A program made the translations under genes and the position numbers. The notes below the pieces were generated by a model. It was given only the letters and a program-made list of their open reading frames with translations. It was not told the origin of the DNA and did not search any database. Shown in pieces: positions 25,539 through 40,373 of a stretch of DNA of 64,000 nucleotides (position 1 is its first letter; the number at the start of each line of letters is the position of its first letter). The stretch is from Octopus sinensis. Taxonomy: Eukaryota. The DNA is taken from the NCBI RefSeq assembly GCF_006345805.1, contig NC_042998.1, positions 113,956,001-114,020,000 on the forward strand, written 5' to 3'.

Positions 25539-27476
25539 TGTGTATGTGTGTGTGTGTGTGTGCGCGCGCACGCGTGTGTGTACGTGTGTGTGTGAGTATG
25601 TTTCTATATACACACATAAAAGTGTATTTCAGGACCCGTTTTATATATTTCATTAAATACACTACATTAATTATATGTTAATTTAATTGCCACGCAAAAC
25701 GTTATCCCCTGTTACTTGAATAATGCATGAATATCTATTGGTATATATATATATATATTATAATATATAATATATAATATATATATATATATTATATATA
25801 TATAGAGAGAGAGAGAGAGACACAGACAGACAGAGAGAGACACAGACAGACAGAGAGAGAGAGATGTAAATGTGTATATATGTACACACCCACACTCATA
25901 CCCACACGATGCACATGTCTATACTCTAATAGAGATATCTGTTTCAGGTTATGCGTGTTATGAGTCGAACTTCTCTTGAAAAATTGCCATTTCTCATCCA
26001 TTACCAATCATTTTGTCCAATCATGCTATCTATTTGGCTAAAGCTTACTGAAGGCGAGAATCATTTGGTGATTCAACTTAAAAACTTTTAAACGGAAATT
26101 GGAGGAATCAACTGAAATTTCCGAAAGGATTAATAACCATATGAATTTTAAGACATCCAGAGTAAACTTGGGAATCTGTTTATATACATCGTATGAATAC
26201 AACAGTGAAATAAACCTGTATCGTTTTCCTAATTGATAATACAGTTATCTTCCCCAGATATTTATCTAAAACTAACAATCTATTACTCCATTTGTTTCAC
26301 CGACATAAATATATAACGCATGTCATGTTAGAGATAAAAGAAAGACAAAGATAATGCCTCCATTTTCGTGACGTCTCTTGGAAATTTGCTTATTCAGACT
26401 ACAGTTAAAACTACATGGATAAAATATGGTTTAAGTTTCGACAATCAGCATTGAGCAGCACAAATAGCAGAATCTTCATCAATAATTCTGGCATTGAGTG
26501 AACCGATGAGACACTGGTGGCGAATGGAGTTGCAAGAAATAGCATCCGATCTCCCTCAAACCACAACTCACCAGTGTCTCAGAAAAGAAAGCAAATATTG
26601 ACTGTTTTCGCTGTCCACTACGCATGAGGGCCGGGTGGGATCTCCAGGATAATCACACCTGAACCTTTTAGATCTGCTTTATCAGCGCAGAGAAGGGCCA
26701 ACAAGTAGAAGCAGTATCAACAGCAGCAACAGCAACAACAATTGCACCTCCAGGATGTAATAAGTATTTTCATTACGATGAATCTTTTTACTTCCGAGAA
26801 CGTCAAGACTCCGAATGCCCTCACAGCGCAAAAATTCAATAGAAGCATTAATGAAATCAATCGTAAAAATCTTAACTGTTTTATGAGAAATCTGCAAAAA
26901 CCGTGAAGCGCTACCCTTTCGTCACGATTCCGGCACTCCATTGGTACAATATTTATCGACACTAGGAGTAAGAAAAGTGAAATAGATTCCGTGTGATGTG
27001 AATTCACAATGTAGTGAACAAGAACAAATACTACAAGAAATTTTGTCCCACAGTCAAAGACACCGCAAATTTACTGCCTGTATACACGCCTAGGACCTAT
27101 ACACCTGTCTAAGGCTGTAAATGGGTGCCATTTTGAGATTAAGTAAACTGCCTTGTCGTATTCATTCGTTCCATTTCTTTACCCTTTGCCATCAAATCTC
27201 AAGACCGCTAATCGTTCTTGGGCCGTTGACTTTCATATCATTCCACAACAGATTGATGATTGTTTGATATCTCTGAATATATGCCTGTCTCTTTCTTGCT
27301 ATCTCTCCGGGTTTTGCATCTAATTAAAAGGCCCAGTTATGAAATATTGCATCACGCTAAGTCAACCCGAGAACTGCGTTACTACATGTGACTGCAAACA
27401 TTCATATACAGGGGCTCATTGTGTATGCTGTTATTTACTGGCAGACCCCAAAGCATAGCACATCTATCTATCTATG

Positions 27477-27527
<51 letters not shown>

Positions 27528-27614
27528 ATGCATACACACATACATATATTTGCATACTTACGTACATTCATGCATACTTGAAATATACATACTTGAATAT
27601 ATATCTATATATAT

Positions 27615-27658
<44 letters not shown>

Positions 27659-28051
27659 ATGCATATATATGTATGCATGTATATATACATACATATACAT
27701 ACATATACACACACAAACACACTCACACACACACACACACACACACACAACACAAACACACATATATCTGTAGGTACGTATGATTTTCTCATACTTCCAC
27801 CTACCAAATTTCACTCACAAGTTGCGATACCAGAAGACATTTGCCCACAAATAAGATAGAATTCGGAATCAAATGATTACCAAGTGAAATTTTGAACTCT
27901 CCGACGATGCCAAAGAGATTACTGTTATGACTTGTACCTCTTTTAGTCATCGGCTTCATCGATCACAGCGAAACTTAAGCAGTAACAAAACATAACAATG
28001 CACTTTATTAAACATTTTCTCTTACGTAAACACCGTTTCTATTATGTATGT

Positions 28052-28098
<47 letters not shown>

Positions 28099-31000
28099 AC
28101 ATTTTTTCTCTCTCATAGTAGACATGTTTCTGTTTTTACTAAAACTTTTTACGTGTCTTAAAAACAAAAATATGCATTAGGGTATAAACCATAAAGCACC
28201 AGTGTCAATGAATTTTACCATTTTTTTTGACTGGATCTTCCAATAGATTCACAGATAATTTCAAGCACTATTAGCCAGATATTTTTTTCATGAAATTAAC
28301 GGGGAAAAGGTTTTATATAATTTTGTGAAACAGATTTAAATAGATATTTGTTATTTGAGAGCGAAAGCAAAGCAAAATTTATATTTTCCTGTTGTAACAC
28401 ATAACATTAACTGAAGCTTCATAAGATTCGTCTAAATCTAGAATTTAAATATAGAAAACCCATATATGAGGCCGAATTATAACGCGAAGCTAGATAAATC
28501 TCTGGAGAACGTTAAGTAAAAACTAAGGAACACAAAACTGCGACTTTAATTACGTTATTGAACGCGTTCATGAAATATGTACGTAAACGTATAAATGTTG
28601 TCACTATCAACTGATAGATTCCCGTTAGCTTCTGCAATGCTTCAAGACATGAACTTGCTTCCGACTCACGATGCTAAAGATGATTAATACATCTTCAAAG
28701 TACCGAACTACTTTTTCATCTAAAATATTTCAAAAGATGCTCAAATGACTGTCGTATTTAATATGAAAGACCATTTATAACCAAAGAATATTGTTCTTTC
28801 GAACTATATTCTTTGGATATAGGCTAATAAACACTTCCAGTAACTTTCTATGTTAAAAAGCTATACATCTTTCTTTATCATAAGATTAAAAAGATTACAG
28901 ATGAGATATTTTCAGTGTGAAGAGAAAAATTGAGTTACAAACTTTATACCATGAACAAAGTGAAACCAACTCGTTGATATTTATTATTATCTTTCAGTGA
29001 GGAGAAAAGGCAGTGGCCATGACTCATTACAGGACTTCTGACATTAGTGGGCGCGAATGAAAAGGTATCTTTAAGGCGGTGCCTCAGCATCGCTGCAGTT
29101 CAATGGGAGAAACAAATGAAGGGTAAAAAAAGGACCGGAGATCTATTCGGAAATCTTGCAGCAAACTGGAACTCCAAAAGATACCATGTTACCCAATGTG
29201 CTCAGATACCCAGGGTGTCAAGTAGTGGCACCCCGGGTATCTGACAAATTAAGTTATTCTTATAGCGTTGAATGTGACTAAATTATTGTGCATCCATTAA
29301 ATGCATTGTAATATTTGAAGTAATTTATTTGATGATGTTTGAAAGTGAAGGAAGTGTGTAAAATGGATCAAAATATGTCAGATCAGGGCACAAATTTCAT
29401 GTCTGAATATGATAATGTTATATCAATAAACAGAGTAAACTTGAACATATGATTGAATGGAGTAAAATAGCTTGGAAGGATCTGCAGAAGGTCGCAGAAG
29501 CATCATGTAATAAACAGAATTTCATGAGAGCGGTGAATTGACGGATTCGTTAGAGCTTCCGACCAAATACCTTGCAACATTTCGTGATCATCCTTTGCAT
29601 TGTGAATTTAAATTCCATCCAGGTTATTTTTACAGTCCCCCTTTATTCCAAGGTCGATAAAACAAATAACAGATACAGTTCAAAGTACATTGGTTGATAT
29701 AATCAACTAAAACCTTGCAAGTGGACGCTCGAGCATGAAGGTGACAATCCAATGAATAAACTTAGTAAACAAATATGAGAAAACTCATGGAAACATTCTC
29801 TCATTATGTAAAGAAGTCGCTTATATGGTTTCTATCTCTCCACATATTTTTGACAGACATTATGAACATGTTTTAACACATAATTATATAATTACTCCTC
29901 TGAGAATATACGGATTTTCGAAAAAGGCTTGATGGGCTCTGATTGGGAAGGAAACCAAATTGATGTATAAATTCTCTCTGAGGACATACAATTTAGATTT
30001 AAGAGCATTCAAGTGAGAGAGACAGAAAGAGTAACATCTTAGAAGCATCTTGATGATGACGACGAAATTAATTTCTCTCAAATGCGAATTAATTTTAACA
30101 ATAATATCACTGGAATGTTATAATCTGTTGTATAATAATTAGCTTAACACAAATATATAATATATCAGTTTAATTAAAGGGATTCTGGTCCAATGAAATT
30201 CATTTGGGTTTAATTAACTGAATGTCATTTTGACCAAATTTAATTAAATTTTTCAATTGAGTCATTTATAGCATAATACTTCAAATATTAATATAAATCG
30301 ACTAAAGTTTAAATATTAACACTGCAAATGAAATAAACGAGTATCGTTGTCGTAATGCAATATATGATACAACCAATGAACATTTATTATCCAAATAGAA
30401 AGAATAGAATTAACAAAACTGAGTACTTTCAAAATATTTGGTCGCTTTTATTATTCCCTGTGAATGCTCGAAGCTGGAAGTGGTGAATAGAATGTCTTGC
30501 GAAATTTATTTATGTTGTTTATATTATAAATTTAAAAAAATATTTTATCCGACAGTGGATTCTAGAAAATAAAATATCAGTCATATACTGGGGCCATTAT
30601 ACTCCTCAGTAAGATCACCCTTCTCTTCATCTCTGTGAAAAATAAGTATTTTAATAACTACAATTTTAAAATTCTACACAGTTAAGAGCCGATACTGCAT
30701 AGACATCAGAGGTAAGAGGGCCACCCGTTGCTGCTGTAGAGACTCATATGAAACAGTTGAAAGTAGAGTAGTACAGTGTTGATGTTGGTGGCGTTTATGG
30801 TGTTGTTTTTAGTGTTGGTGATGCTGGTGCTGGTGCTGGTGGAGATAATGATGATGATGAAGATGATGATTGACAAGCAACTCATTTCCCTTTCCTGGCA
30901 TTGAGGAGGCTGCAACAAAGTGTAAATTTAATATATATATATATTCCAAAGCGTTTACGTCGACTAATGACGTGAAAGAGTAAAAGATAATATTGCTATT

Positions 31001-33445
31001 TTTTTTTTGAAAGTGAATATAATGTGGCGATATTTTCATCCAAAGTATGACGAATTTTTGGCACAAGTTGTATTACGTTCACCATCATAATCACTACATG
31101 TTATGTTCTGCAACAATCTTTATGGCAAACATTTTTCAGAATGAAAATAAATGTCTTGGTGGAAAGGAAAACTTTGACTTGCACGCTCGCTGCTTCTTAT
31201 AGTAACGCGTATGTTTAGATAGAAAAGGGAAGAGAGAAGAACAAAAAGTAAGGTCGGCCCCTTACTTCATTGATATCTTATTTTGTTAATTGTCAATCTG
31301 AGAAGATTTGAAGCAAATTGATCTCGGCGGGATTTGAATTCAGAACGCCAAAACCCGGGACAATTTCATTAAGCAGAGTCCAGTGCTTTAGCGCGAACGA
31401 CAATCGATCATTCATGAATATGTTCTTATCCTACTCACCAATCTTAGTTTCCGTGTTTCATTTTCCTATTTATTTGACTTGAGAATTTACAATTACGCAA
31501 TAGACTTTTATTGAGGCTCTCCGATGTACACATGGTAATTTGTGAAAAAAACAGTTTTATCATAAACTTTTCCGTCGACAGCGATCCCCATATTCATACA
31601 TCAGAAGAGATGATAATCAGGTAAGAACAGAGCTTTTAAATCGATATGAGACAAGAGTGGTCTTCATTAAGGGAAGAATATTTAATTAAGGGAAGAGTAA
31701 ATCTGGACTCATGACTAAAATCCAGACGCCATATTTACTGTGTCTAATGATTATGTAATATATTGACATACGAATACCTACGGTCGCGTAGTAGGTTCAA
31801 GGTATTTGAGTACATGCAGACAAACATACGCATATATATATATACTTATATATATGCATATATATATACAAATATATATACACATATATATACTCATATA
31901 TACATGCATATATACACATATATATATATATACATATATATATGCACATATATACTTATATACATATATATACTTATACATATATATACATATATATATA
32001 TATATATACTTATATGTACATATATACATATATATACTTATATATATACATATATATACTTATATTTATCTATACATAAATACATATACTTATATATATA
32101 TACATATATATATATATACTTATATATATGTATATATACATTAATACAAACTCATTATACAAAACTCATATATCTATTATATAAAATCCGTTCTGTCTGT
32201 CTGTGTGCGTGTCTTCGAGGATCTCGGGCATCCTCCATCCGATTGCGCTCAAATTTGATATGTAGATACCGACGGTATCAGGGCGTGTATAAGTCTTGAA
32301 AAAATTACAAGAATCGGTTCCAGGTAAGAATGCGATCGATAAAGCTGTGGGAACGTGCATTTGTACACGCAAGTACATCAGCTGTTGCGATCGATACTAC
32401 GCGTACGCGAGAAAAATGCATGTGCAGTTTGCGCCAAAAAAGCCGGCTGGCTTGAAATAAGGCCACAAAATGCAGTATATTTAAGAGACCAAAAAAGTAA
32501 GATGCAAAAGAGATATTTTCTTCAAACTTGGCATGAAGGAAGGAAAGACTGTCTGCTTTCTCCAGAAGTTTTCTTTTTTGCCTTAGCTTCGTTTAACAAA
32601 AGCAAAAATTTAATTGAAATAAAAGCATGCTTAATTAATTTTTAATGAAAAGAACTGTTCTTCCAGTCAAAAGCCTTATCATTACTGGTACTATAAACTC
32701 TTTGGTTGCATATTTCTGTGAATAAAATCGTTTTTTCTTTGCAATATAAAATAAAAGTCTATCTTTAGTTCTTCTTTTGCTGGTGTCTCACATTTAGGTT
32801 AAATCAGTGTTTCTCAAAGGGGAGGCCTAAGGGACGGTCGGACAAATTGCTTTGAGAAAATTTGATTTAAATATTTGAGGACTTAGCACCGTCCATTGGA
32901 AGGGGGCGTTTTGCTCGTATATACGTATATATACTTATATATATATGTATATATACATATATACATATATAGTTATATATATATATATACATATTTATAC
33001 ATATACATATATAAATACATATATATATACTTATATATACATATATATTCTTATATATATGTATACTTATATATACATATATATATATAAGTATATATAT
33101 ATACTTATATATAGTTACATATATATATATATACATATTTATACATATACATATATAAATACATATAATATATACTTATATATACATATATATACATATA
33201 TATTCTTATATATATAAGTATACCTATATATACATATATATATAAGTATAGATATGTATATATATATAAGTATACATATATATATATGTATATATATGCA
33301 TATATATACATATATATATACTTATATATATGTATACTTATATATATATATATATACATATATATATGTATATATATTATATATAATTTTGTTGTCTTAT
33401 TATCTCTATCAAATACACTTATATATATATATATACTCATGTATA

Positions 33446-33493
<48 letters not shown>

Positions 33494-33801
33494 GTTTACT
33501 TATATGTATATGCATATATATACTTCTATATATACATATATATATACATATATATATATATAATATATATACATATATATATATACTTATATATAAATAC
33601 ATATATATATATTACCTATATATAGTTATATATACGTATACTTATATATATAATATATATATGCATATATATATATACTTATATATATATATACATATAT
33701 CTATAAGTATATATACATCGATATAGTTATATATATATATACATATATATACTTATATATACTTTTATATATATATAATTATATATATATATATAATATA
33801 T

Positions 33802-33845
<44 letters not shown>

Positions 33846-34035
33846 ACATCCAAGTGCCAAGTATCGAGGTGTGGGAAGAAAGTTAGCTTCAAACAAACAT
33901 ATATATATATATACTTATATATATGTATATATACATATATATATTGATATATATATATACATGTATATACATATATATGTATATATATACTTGAATAAAT
34001 GTATACTTATAAATACATATATATACTTATATATA

Positions 34036-35300
34036 TTGGTTTGGCAACTAAGTTTCCACCGCTTTTTTAAATTTAAATTTTTAAAAAAGTTTAATAGAAA
34101 ATAACAACTAATTAATCAATAATGCTCTCACCCTTGTTGCTAACCACATCTGTCCAACGTTCAACAAGATTTTCAATACCTCGTTGGTATCAATCATCCG
34201 ATTTCGACTCGAAAAATTGATCCAACCAAGCGCTTAATTCTGCATCAGTATTGAACGAAACTCGTCACTTAGCATTTGAACGAGATCGAAAGAGGTGGAA
34301 ATCCGTTGGTGCCAAACAAGGAGAGTACGGCGGGTGTAGTAGCACTTCCCACCCATGCGTATGAATGGCTTCCTTTGTCATATTGGCGATTTGAGGTCAG
34401 GCGGTGTTGTGCAGCAGAAGAACCCCATGCTGCCGATTAGATCCTTACTCTTGAATAGCCGTGTTAAGTCGTTCCATCTGTTAAACATAGAGTTCTGCGT
34501 TGACCGTTTGGTTCCGTTCAAGCAATTCGTAATGGATAATCTCTTTCTAGTCCTACTATACGCATAAAGTCGTTTTACGCGGATGAAGATCTTGTTTCAC
34601 GGGCAAAGTTGCTTGTTTATTGGGGCTTAGCCATTCCTTACACTGCTTCATATTGATGTACATGCACCATTTTCCGTCACCAGTAACGATTCGGTAAAAA
34701 AATCGTTGCTTGTGTCCATGAGTTGAGCGGTAACGTGTATGCAAACCAGCGGGTTTTGTGGCTCGTTGGCTTTTGTTGTTGTCACTTAAAGCATGCGGAA
34801 CCCATTCTCCATACTTCTGAATCTTTCCCATCGAGTGAGGATGCTTCTCTATAGCAGTGTGGTAGCATTCCATTTTCTCTGCCAGTTCCCTTGTCGTTTG
34901 ACGAGAATTTTCGTGCAAAATTTGTTTTAATCGCTCTTCATCGAACTCAACTGGACGGCCAGAACGATATGCGTTTTTCAGGTCAAAATTTCCAGTTTTG
35001 ATCTTGACATACCAATCACAAGCGTTTTTTTCTGCTATGGCACCCTCTCCATACATAGCACAAATATTGTGAGCAGCTTTTGTGGCCTTAGAGCCTTGAT
35101 TGAAAGTAAAAAGAAGGAGGTACCGAAAATGCGTGAAAATATAAAAAATTAACTAAAATTAACTAGAAAAAAAACCCCAACCAAAATAGATTCCAAAATG
35201 ATTCAAAAACAGAATTCTCTAAAAAAATAGATTCCAAAATTTAAAAACGCAATAAATTCCAAAATTTCAAAAAACGGCGGGAACTTAGTTGCCAACCCAA
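34036..35300 (-). mobile_element. Mariner (DD34D) transposon copy 2, near full length, defective
   Basis: Same TIRs with TA flanks. ORF 34556-35056 has WVPHAL and RIVTGDGKW, and downstream HPPYSP.LAPTDFHLF is present. It has in-frame stops and has lost the start-codon region. Confidence 0.95.
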
Positions 35301-35319
35301 TACTTATATATATATATAT

Positions 35320-35631
35320 AATACAGTGTACATTTAAACACATGAGGAATCTACTCGTGGGATTCAACACGCTTGAAAGAACGGCTAGGAAACTAGATGT
35401 TAAAATGTTTTTATTTTTTCATTTCTTTCCTGTCGAACTTTATCCCTAAATATGTGGTTATGAACCTAGCTATTCTTTTTAGCGTATTGAATCTCACGAG
35501 TAGATTTCTCATGTGTTTAAATGTACACTGTATTTTATGACTAATACATAGTCTTTGCACTAAATTGCTACACGTTAGGCCACTGGAAATGAACATTTTA
35601 ATTAATTCCATTTCCCTTTGATATGATTAAG
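35320..35631. mobile_element. Hairpin-plus-tail insertion in a (TA)n run
   Basis: ~70-bp inverted arms 35320-35389 / 35465-35534 (AATACAGTGTACATTTAAACACATGAG... / ...CTCATGTGTTTAAATGTACACTGTATT) plus a ~100-bp tail, after which the TA run resumes. Confidence 0.8.
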
Positions 35632-37153
35632 TATATATATATATATAACATCCAAGGACCAAGGATCGAGGTTTGGGAAGAAAGTTAGTAAATTAAACCG
35701 TAGTAAATGAAAAAAAACAATTTTCATGGGCAATAGTGGTTTATTGAGACGAAAACTTGTGGATATTTTGTTTTATCGAATTACGAGGAACTGAAAAAAG
35801 TTTTTTTTTTTCATATTTCACGGCAGGCAAACAGCGTTGCTGGGTGTGCGACTAAGAATACAAGAGTTAAGGAATGGAATAGATAGGATACGGGCTACAT
35901 ATGTCTCATAGCGACCGGAAACTCAGAAGTGGTAAATATCCAAGCGACTGTAAATATATATATATAATCAAAGATACCTTGATTATATATATATCGAACC
36001 TTACACTTACATACATACTCACGCACTCATACACTCACACACACACACATTCATATGTACGCGCGTATATAATATATATATATATATATATACACACATA
36101 GCTACCCTATCTGATGTAATTTGAAGATCTAGCCTCGGGGTTGTTCCAGGAATGGCGTTTGTGTAAAAGAGGAACAGAAGAGGAGTTTAAAATTTCCTAT
36201 CTGTTTCATCAGCATTTTCTTTATTGATGAATACTTCGATTTCTTCTACTACATCATGAAAATATTCTTCCACCATCAAGTGATTTTAAGCAAATTATCA
36301 TATAGATAATATGTAGAGAATTTGAATTAACCAGCTTGCTAAGTGTGCAACAAGAAATTGAACTTGCTTGTAGAAAATATGAATTTAATGGGGTGTCGTT
36401 AACACTTTCGGGTCAGAGATTAGAAACTATCAAATTTCACAGATCGTTATCATAATTATTTATGTGTCTAGTGGGGACCATAGTAGACATTCTATAATAA
36501 CATGGAAAAGAAGCAGAAAAAGCAAGAGGAACTGAGATGAAGACTTATCTTTACAAACATACCGTAGGTAACCAAACCCTTTACTAGCGTCAGTAATCCA
36601 CAGACTCCTCTCAGAGGATTGTGAAAATTAAAGGAAAATTAAAGGAAAATTCACTTCGATATTAACTGGAAAGGCATCGCCATACTTAAGTGAAAGATAT
36701 GGGCATACCCATTGTTGGACGGCATTAAATGAGATCTTTAAATATCCAAGTAACCTGTTTAATGAAACGCGAGAACTACGGCTAGGGTGTTTACATAACA
36801 TCTATCGTACATTTGCTACCTTCAAGCCTGTTCAATAATTTGTCATATTCTCCTATATTTTGCGATTCTTAGTATTTCTTTAAATCTTCATCTTATTATT
36901 CGTTGATTACATACTAAAGCACATGACTTCACTGGTAAAGTTAGTCTTCTGTCTTTTTCATACAGCACCTACTAATCCTGATTTTATATTTCATATTACA
37001 TATTTTATAATTTATTTTTATAAGTAACCGTTTGGTTTATCTCCTATGTGCTACATGCTTTATAAGTTTTATGTTATTTTGTTATACATACATTATATAT
37101 GCGAGCGCGATATACGTGAGTACATAGGATATATATACATATAAGAAAGATTT

Positions 37154-37292
37154 TATAAGAACGTTTTGCGAAATGAGATAAAAAACCCAAGGCTGTGTAG
37201 ATATTAGAACATCTATAGAACTATCTATAAATGTTCTAATGTCTACACAGCCTTGGTTTTTTTTTAATCTCATTACGCAAAAAATTCTTATA
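37154..37292. repeat. Imperfect ~140-bp palindrome
   Basis: CCAAGGCTGTGTAGATATTAGAACAT / ATGTTCTAATGTCTACACAGCCTTGG with pairing that extends outward. Confidence 0.85.
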
Positions 37293-39020
37293 TATACACG
37301 CTGTCATAGAACCAACGTTGAATCCTTTATTCACAAAATTACCGAATCTGGAACTTAACTATGGTCTGTCTATAGCACTTATTCAGCATTACCTGACACC
37401 TTTGGGTCTCAATGACACCATTATTTCTTATAACCTCAACTTCTCACTATATATATATATATGTATGTATATTTATATATATATACGGTGGGGTGTGTGA
37501 TATGTATATATAAATGTATTATATATATGTATATATATATATATGCATATGTGTGTTTGTATGAATGCATGTGTATTTATGTATGTATATATGTATGTGG
37601 ATATTTGTACTTAGAACAAGGAATGTATTATTGGGAAATACATACGTTTATATGTACATACATATAAACCAAATCTATATATGTGTGAGTACCTGCAGAA
37701 AGTTGTATATGTGTATATGTATATGTATGTGTGTCTATGTATATGTATATGTGTATAGGTATATATATGTGACTATGTGTATTTGTGTGTGTGTGTGTTA
37801 GCATATGCAGGGGTATACAAGTACACGAGTATGTATATAGGTAATTTTTAAATGTATTTTTTGCATGTGCATATATTAGTCAATTCATTGTTAAACAGGT
37901 TTGTGTGTGTGTATGTGTGAATGTGCGTACGTACGTACGTGTGTGTTTGCGTAATGTACGTATTATTTATAGTAAAGCATTTAAACAGATGCAGGATATA
38001 TGACGCGAGTACAAACTTCGGTTATCTAGGGTAGGTTTGGGAAGATAATTCTTCGTCACACTTCTTTCTTTCCGTCTTTCCATTTCATTATTTAACAGAA
38101 TGTCTAACTGTTGTCCCTACTGGATCCATAAATAATTGTGATAAAGATTTGTGAAATTTTAGAGTTTCTGATCTCTATACCTTTAACTTCAAGTGTGCTA
38201 TTAGCAAATTCACTCACCTCGCTAAACTCCTAGCAAACTGGTCAACTCAAATTCTCTATATATATCTACATGGTTGTCTGCTTAAAATTACTTGACGATA
38301 GCAGATTATTCCCATGATGCAATCGAAGTAATCGAAGTATTCCTCAATATAATATGCAGCTGAAACAGCCGTTGTGAATTTTTGAACACCACTTGTAATC
38401 TTACACACACACACACACACGCACATTCTCTCTCTCTCTCTCTAACACACATGCGCACACTTTCTCTCTCTCTCTCTCTCACATACATACACTTACATAT
38501 ACATAATTTCGTATAAAGGTTAAATGCTTCCCTGGTACACTTGATTTTTCCTTAGGAAATCTTTAATATGTATACTTGAGAAAATCCTACAGGCGTACAC
38601 GTATAGCATTTAACCTTTAACTACTATATTATATGTGTAGGTGTACATCTTTACACACATGTATACATAAACACACACACACATGAGTACACACACACAC
38701 ACAACACACACACACACACACCTGAATAGTACTAACTGTCCGATAAAAAAAGATTCCTTATTTGCATGGTCAAAATTAATGATATTTCATTTTCTTCGAA
38801 GTTTGACGACTGGCCTGAAGATTTTGCGTGTCTACAGGTAAAACTCAGAGTAGCAAGATGCCAACTCGACCAAGATATATATATATATATATATATATAC
38901 ATACATACAAACAAAGGCGTTAAATTGTTATGATCCTTTGGACAACTGATGAGGATATAGTGGCATTCTATGTGTGCATTCTCCGTCTGGTCCGTTTCTT
39001 GTACTTCTATATAATTTTTG

Positions 39021-39096
<76 letters not shown>

Positions 39097-39321
39097 TATA
39101 TATATATGTATGCATGAATTTTAGGAGTGTGTGTTTGCTTTTATTGTGTTGTTGTGCATGTTCATCAGTGTCATTTTGTCTTAGCATGCATTTCACAAAG
39201 GACCTGAATTTTTTTTGTTGTTGAATAAAAAAGAGATTTTATTTCTCGACAACATATGCATATGTATAGTCAACTACATGTATATTGAAGAAAGACACAA
39301 AATAAATTCTTTCCTCCAGAG

Positions 39322-39511
39322 CCGTGATTCTAAACCATTTTTTGCCTATCGATTCATTGTGTATAACAAAAATCCTACTGTATTTTTATGATTAAATTTT
39401 GTTAGGAATTGTATTAAAAAAATTAAACATTTTCTGTATTGCATAAGTATAAGCAATATATTTACATAAATTTTAACAAGATCTTTGGTGGACTCCAATT
39501 GAGAATCACTG
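39322..39511. mobile_element. hAT (Charlie-like) MITE
   Basis: Termini CCGTGATTCTAAAC / ATTGAGAATCACTG. 8-bp TSD CTCCAGAG / CTTTAGAG, close to NTCTAGAN. Confidence 0.7.
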
Positions 39512-40019
39512 CTTTAGAGGAAAATCCTCTCACTATTTTACCAGAGAAAAGCGTTGATTTATTCATGATTGATATCTACTCTACTATTATGTTGATTCCA
39601 CATACATTTAACCACCGATTTGAATAGACTTTAATCCTTTTGTTTAGAGAACAACTTATCAATAGTGAATTATATGTTTAATGACGAAGTTTCTCATTGA
39701 TTACAAGCTTTATCACTTCTCACAATTATTTGCAACAATGCAATTGAGAATATTAGCTTAGCTTTTAATGATATAAATTAATACAAATACTTCGGTATAA
39801 AGAATATTATACAATATACGCACATGTGGACGTGCACAATGAACACGATGTAAGAGCACACCTTTGATACAGGTTTAAAGACATGTCACTATAATATATC
39901 AAACCGCAAATACAACGTAAATTTTCACACGGAAATTTTGAATGAGATGGCATCGAAAATAAAATTGGTACAGATGACCAGTTATATGGATTATGTGCGT
40001 CTGTATGTGTGTGTGTGTG

Positions 40020-40230
40020 TGTGTGTATGTGTTTGTCTCCCCCCCCCACGCTTGGCAACCAGTGTTGATGTGCTTAATGTCGCTGTAAGATAGCGGTTCG
40101 AAAATGTAGACCGATATAATAAGTACCGGGCTTAAAACTTAATAATTACTGAGGTCGATTTCTTCGACTAAAATCCCTGAAGACGGTGCTCCCGCATGGC
40201 CACAATCTTATGACTGAAATAAGTAAAAGA
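40020..40230 (+). mobile_element. 3' half of an octopus-type tRNA SINE
   Basis: (GT)n then TAGCGGTTCG...GACCGAT..AATAAGTAC...GGTCGATTT.TTCGACTAA...CGGTGCTCCCGCATGGCCACA...TGACTGAAATAAGTAAAAG, shared with 41610-41712. Confidence 0.8.
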
Positions 40231-40373
40231 CAAGAGAGAAAACTTATATTATTCTCATATTTAATTTTCATATAAGGCACAGGTAGTCATTGTTTCATTG
40301 TTTCCATATACCCGTTTTTATACATCTTTTATACAGTTTTTAATTTAATCATTTAGCGCTATTTCCGATATAT

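Larger units (their letters stand above)
32173..35855 (+). mobile_element. Probable non-autonomous Helitron with nested mariner, hairpin element and expanded TA-derived repeats
   Basis: 5' A|TCTATTATATAAAATCCGTTCTGTCTGTCTG...CCGATTGCGCTCAAATTTG resembles non-autonomous Helitron starts. 3' GGCAAACAGCGTTGCT hairpin lies about 10 nt before CTAA (CTRR). No TSD. Linkage of the two ends is inferred. Confidence 0.55.

Noticed and set aside
29378-29407. Peptide SDQGTNFMSE resembling a Gypsy integrase motif
   Set aside because: Flanking translation does not continue as integrase and no LTR features are seen. Likely chance.
30809-30910. His/Gln-rich minus-strand segment after a TTTGTTGCAG acceptor
   Set aside because: Mostly (CAT)/(CACCAG) low complexity, on the opposite strand to other exon candidates, with no recognisable homology.
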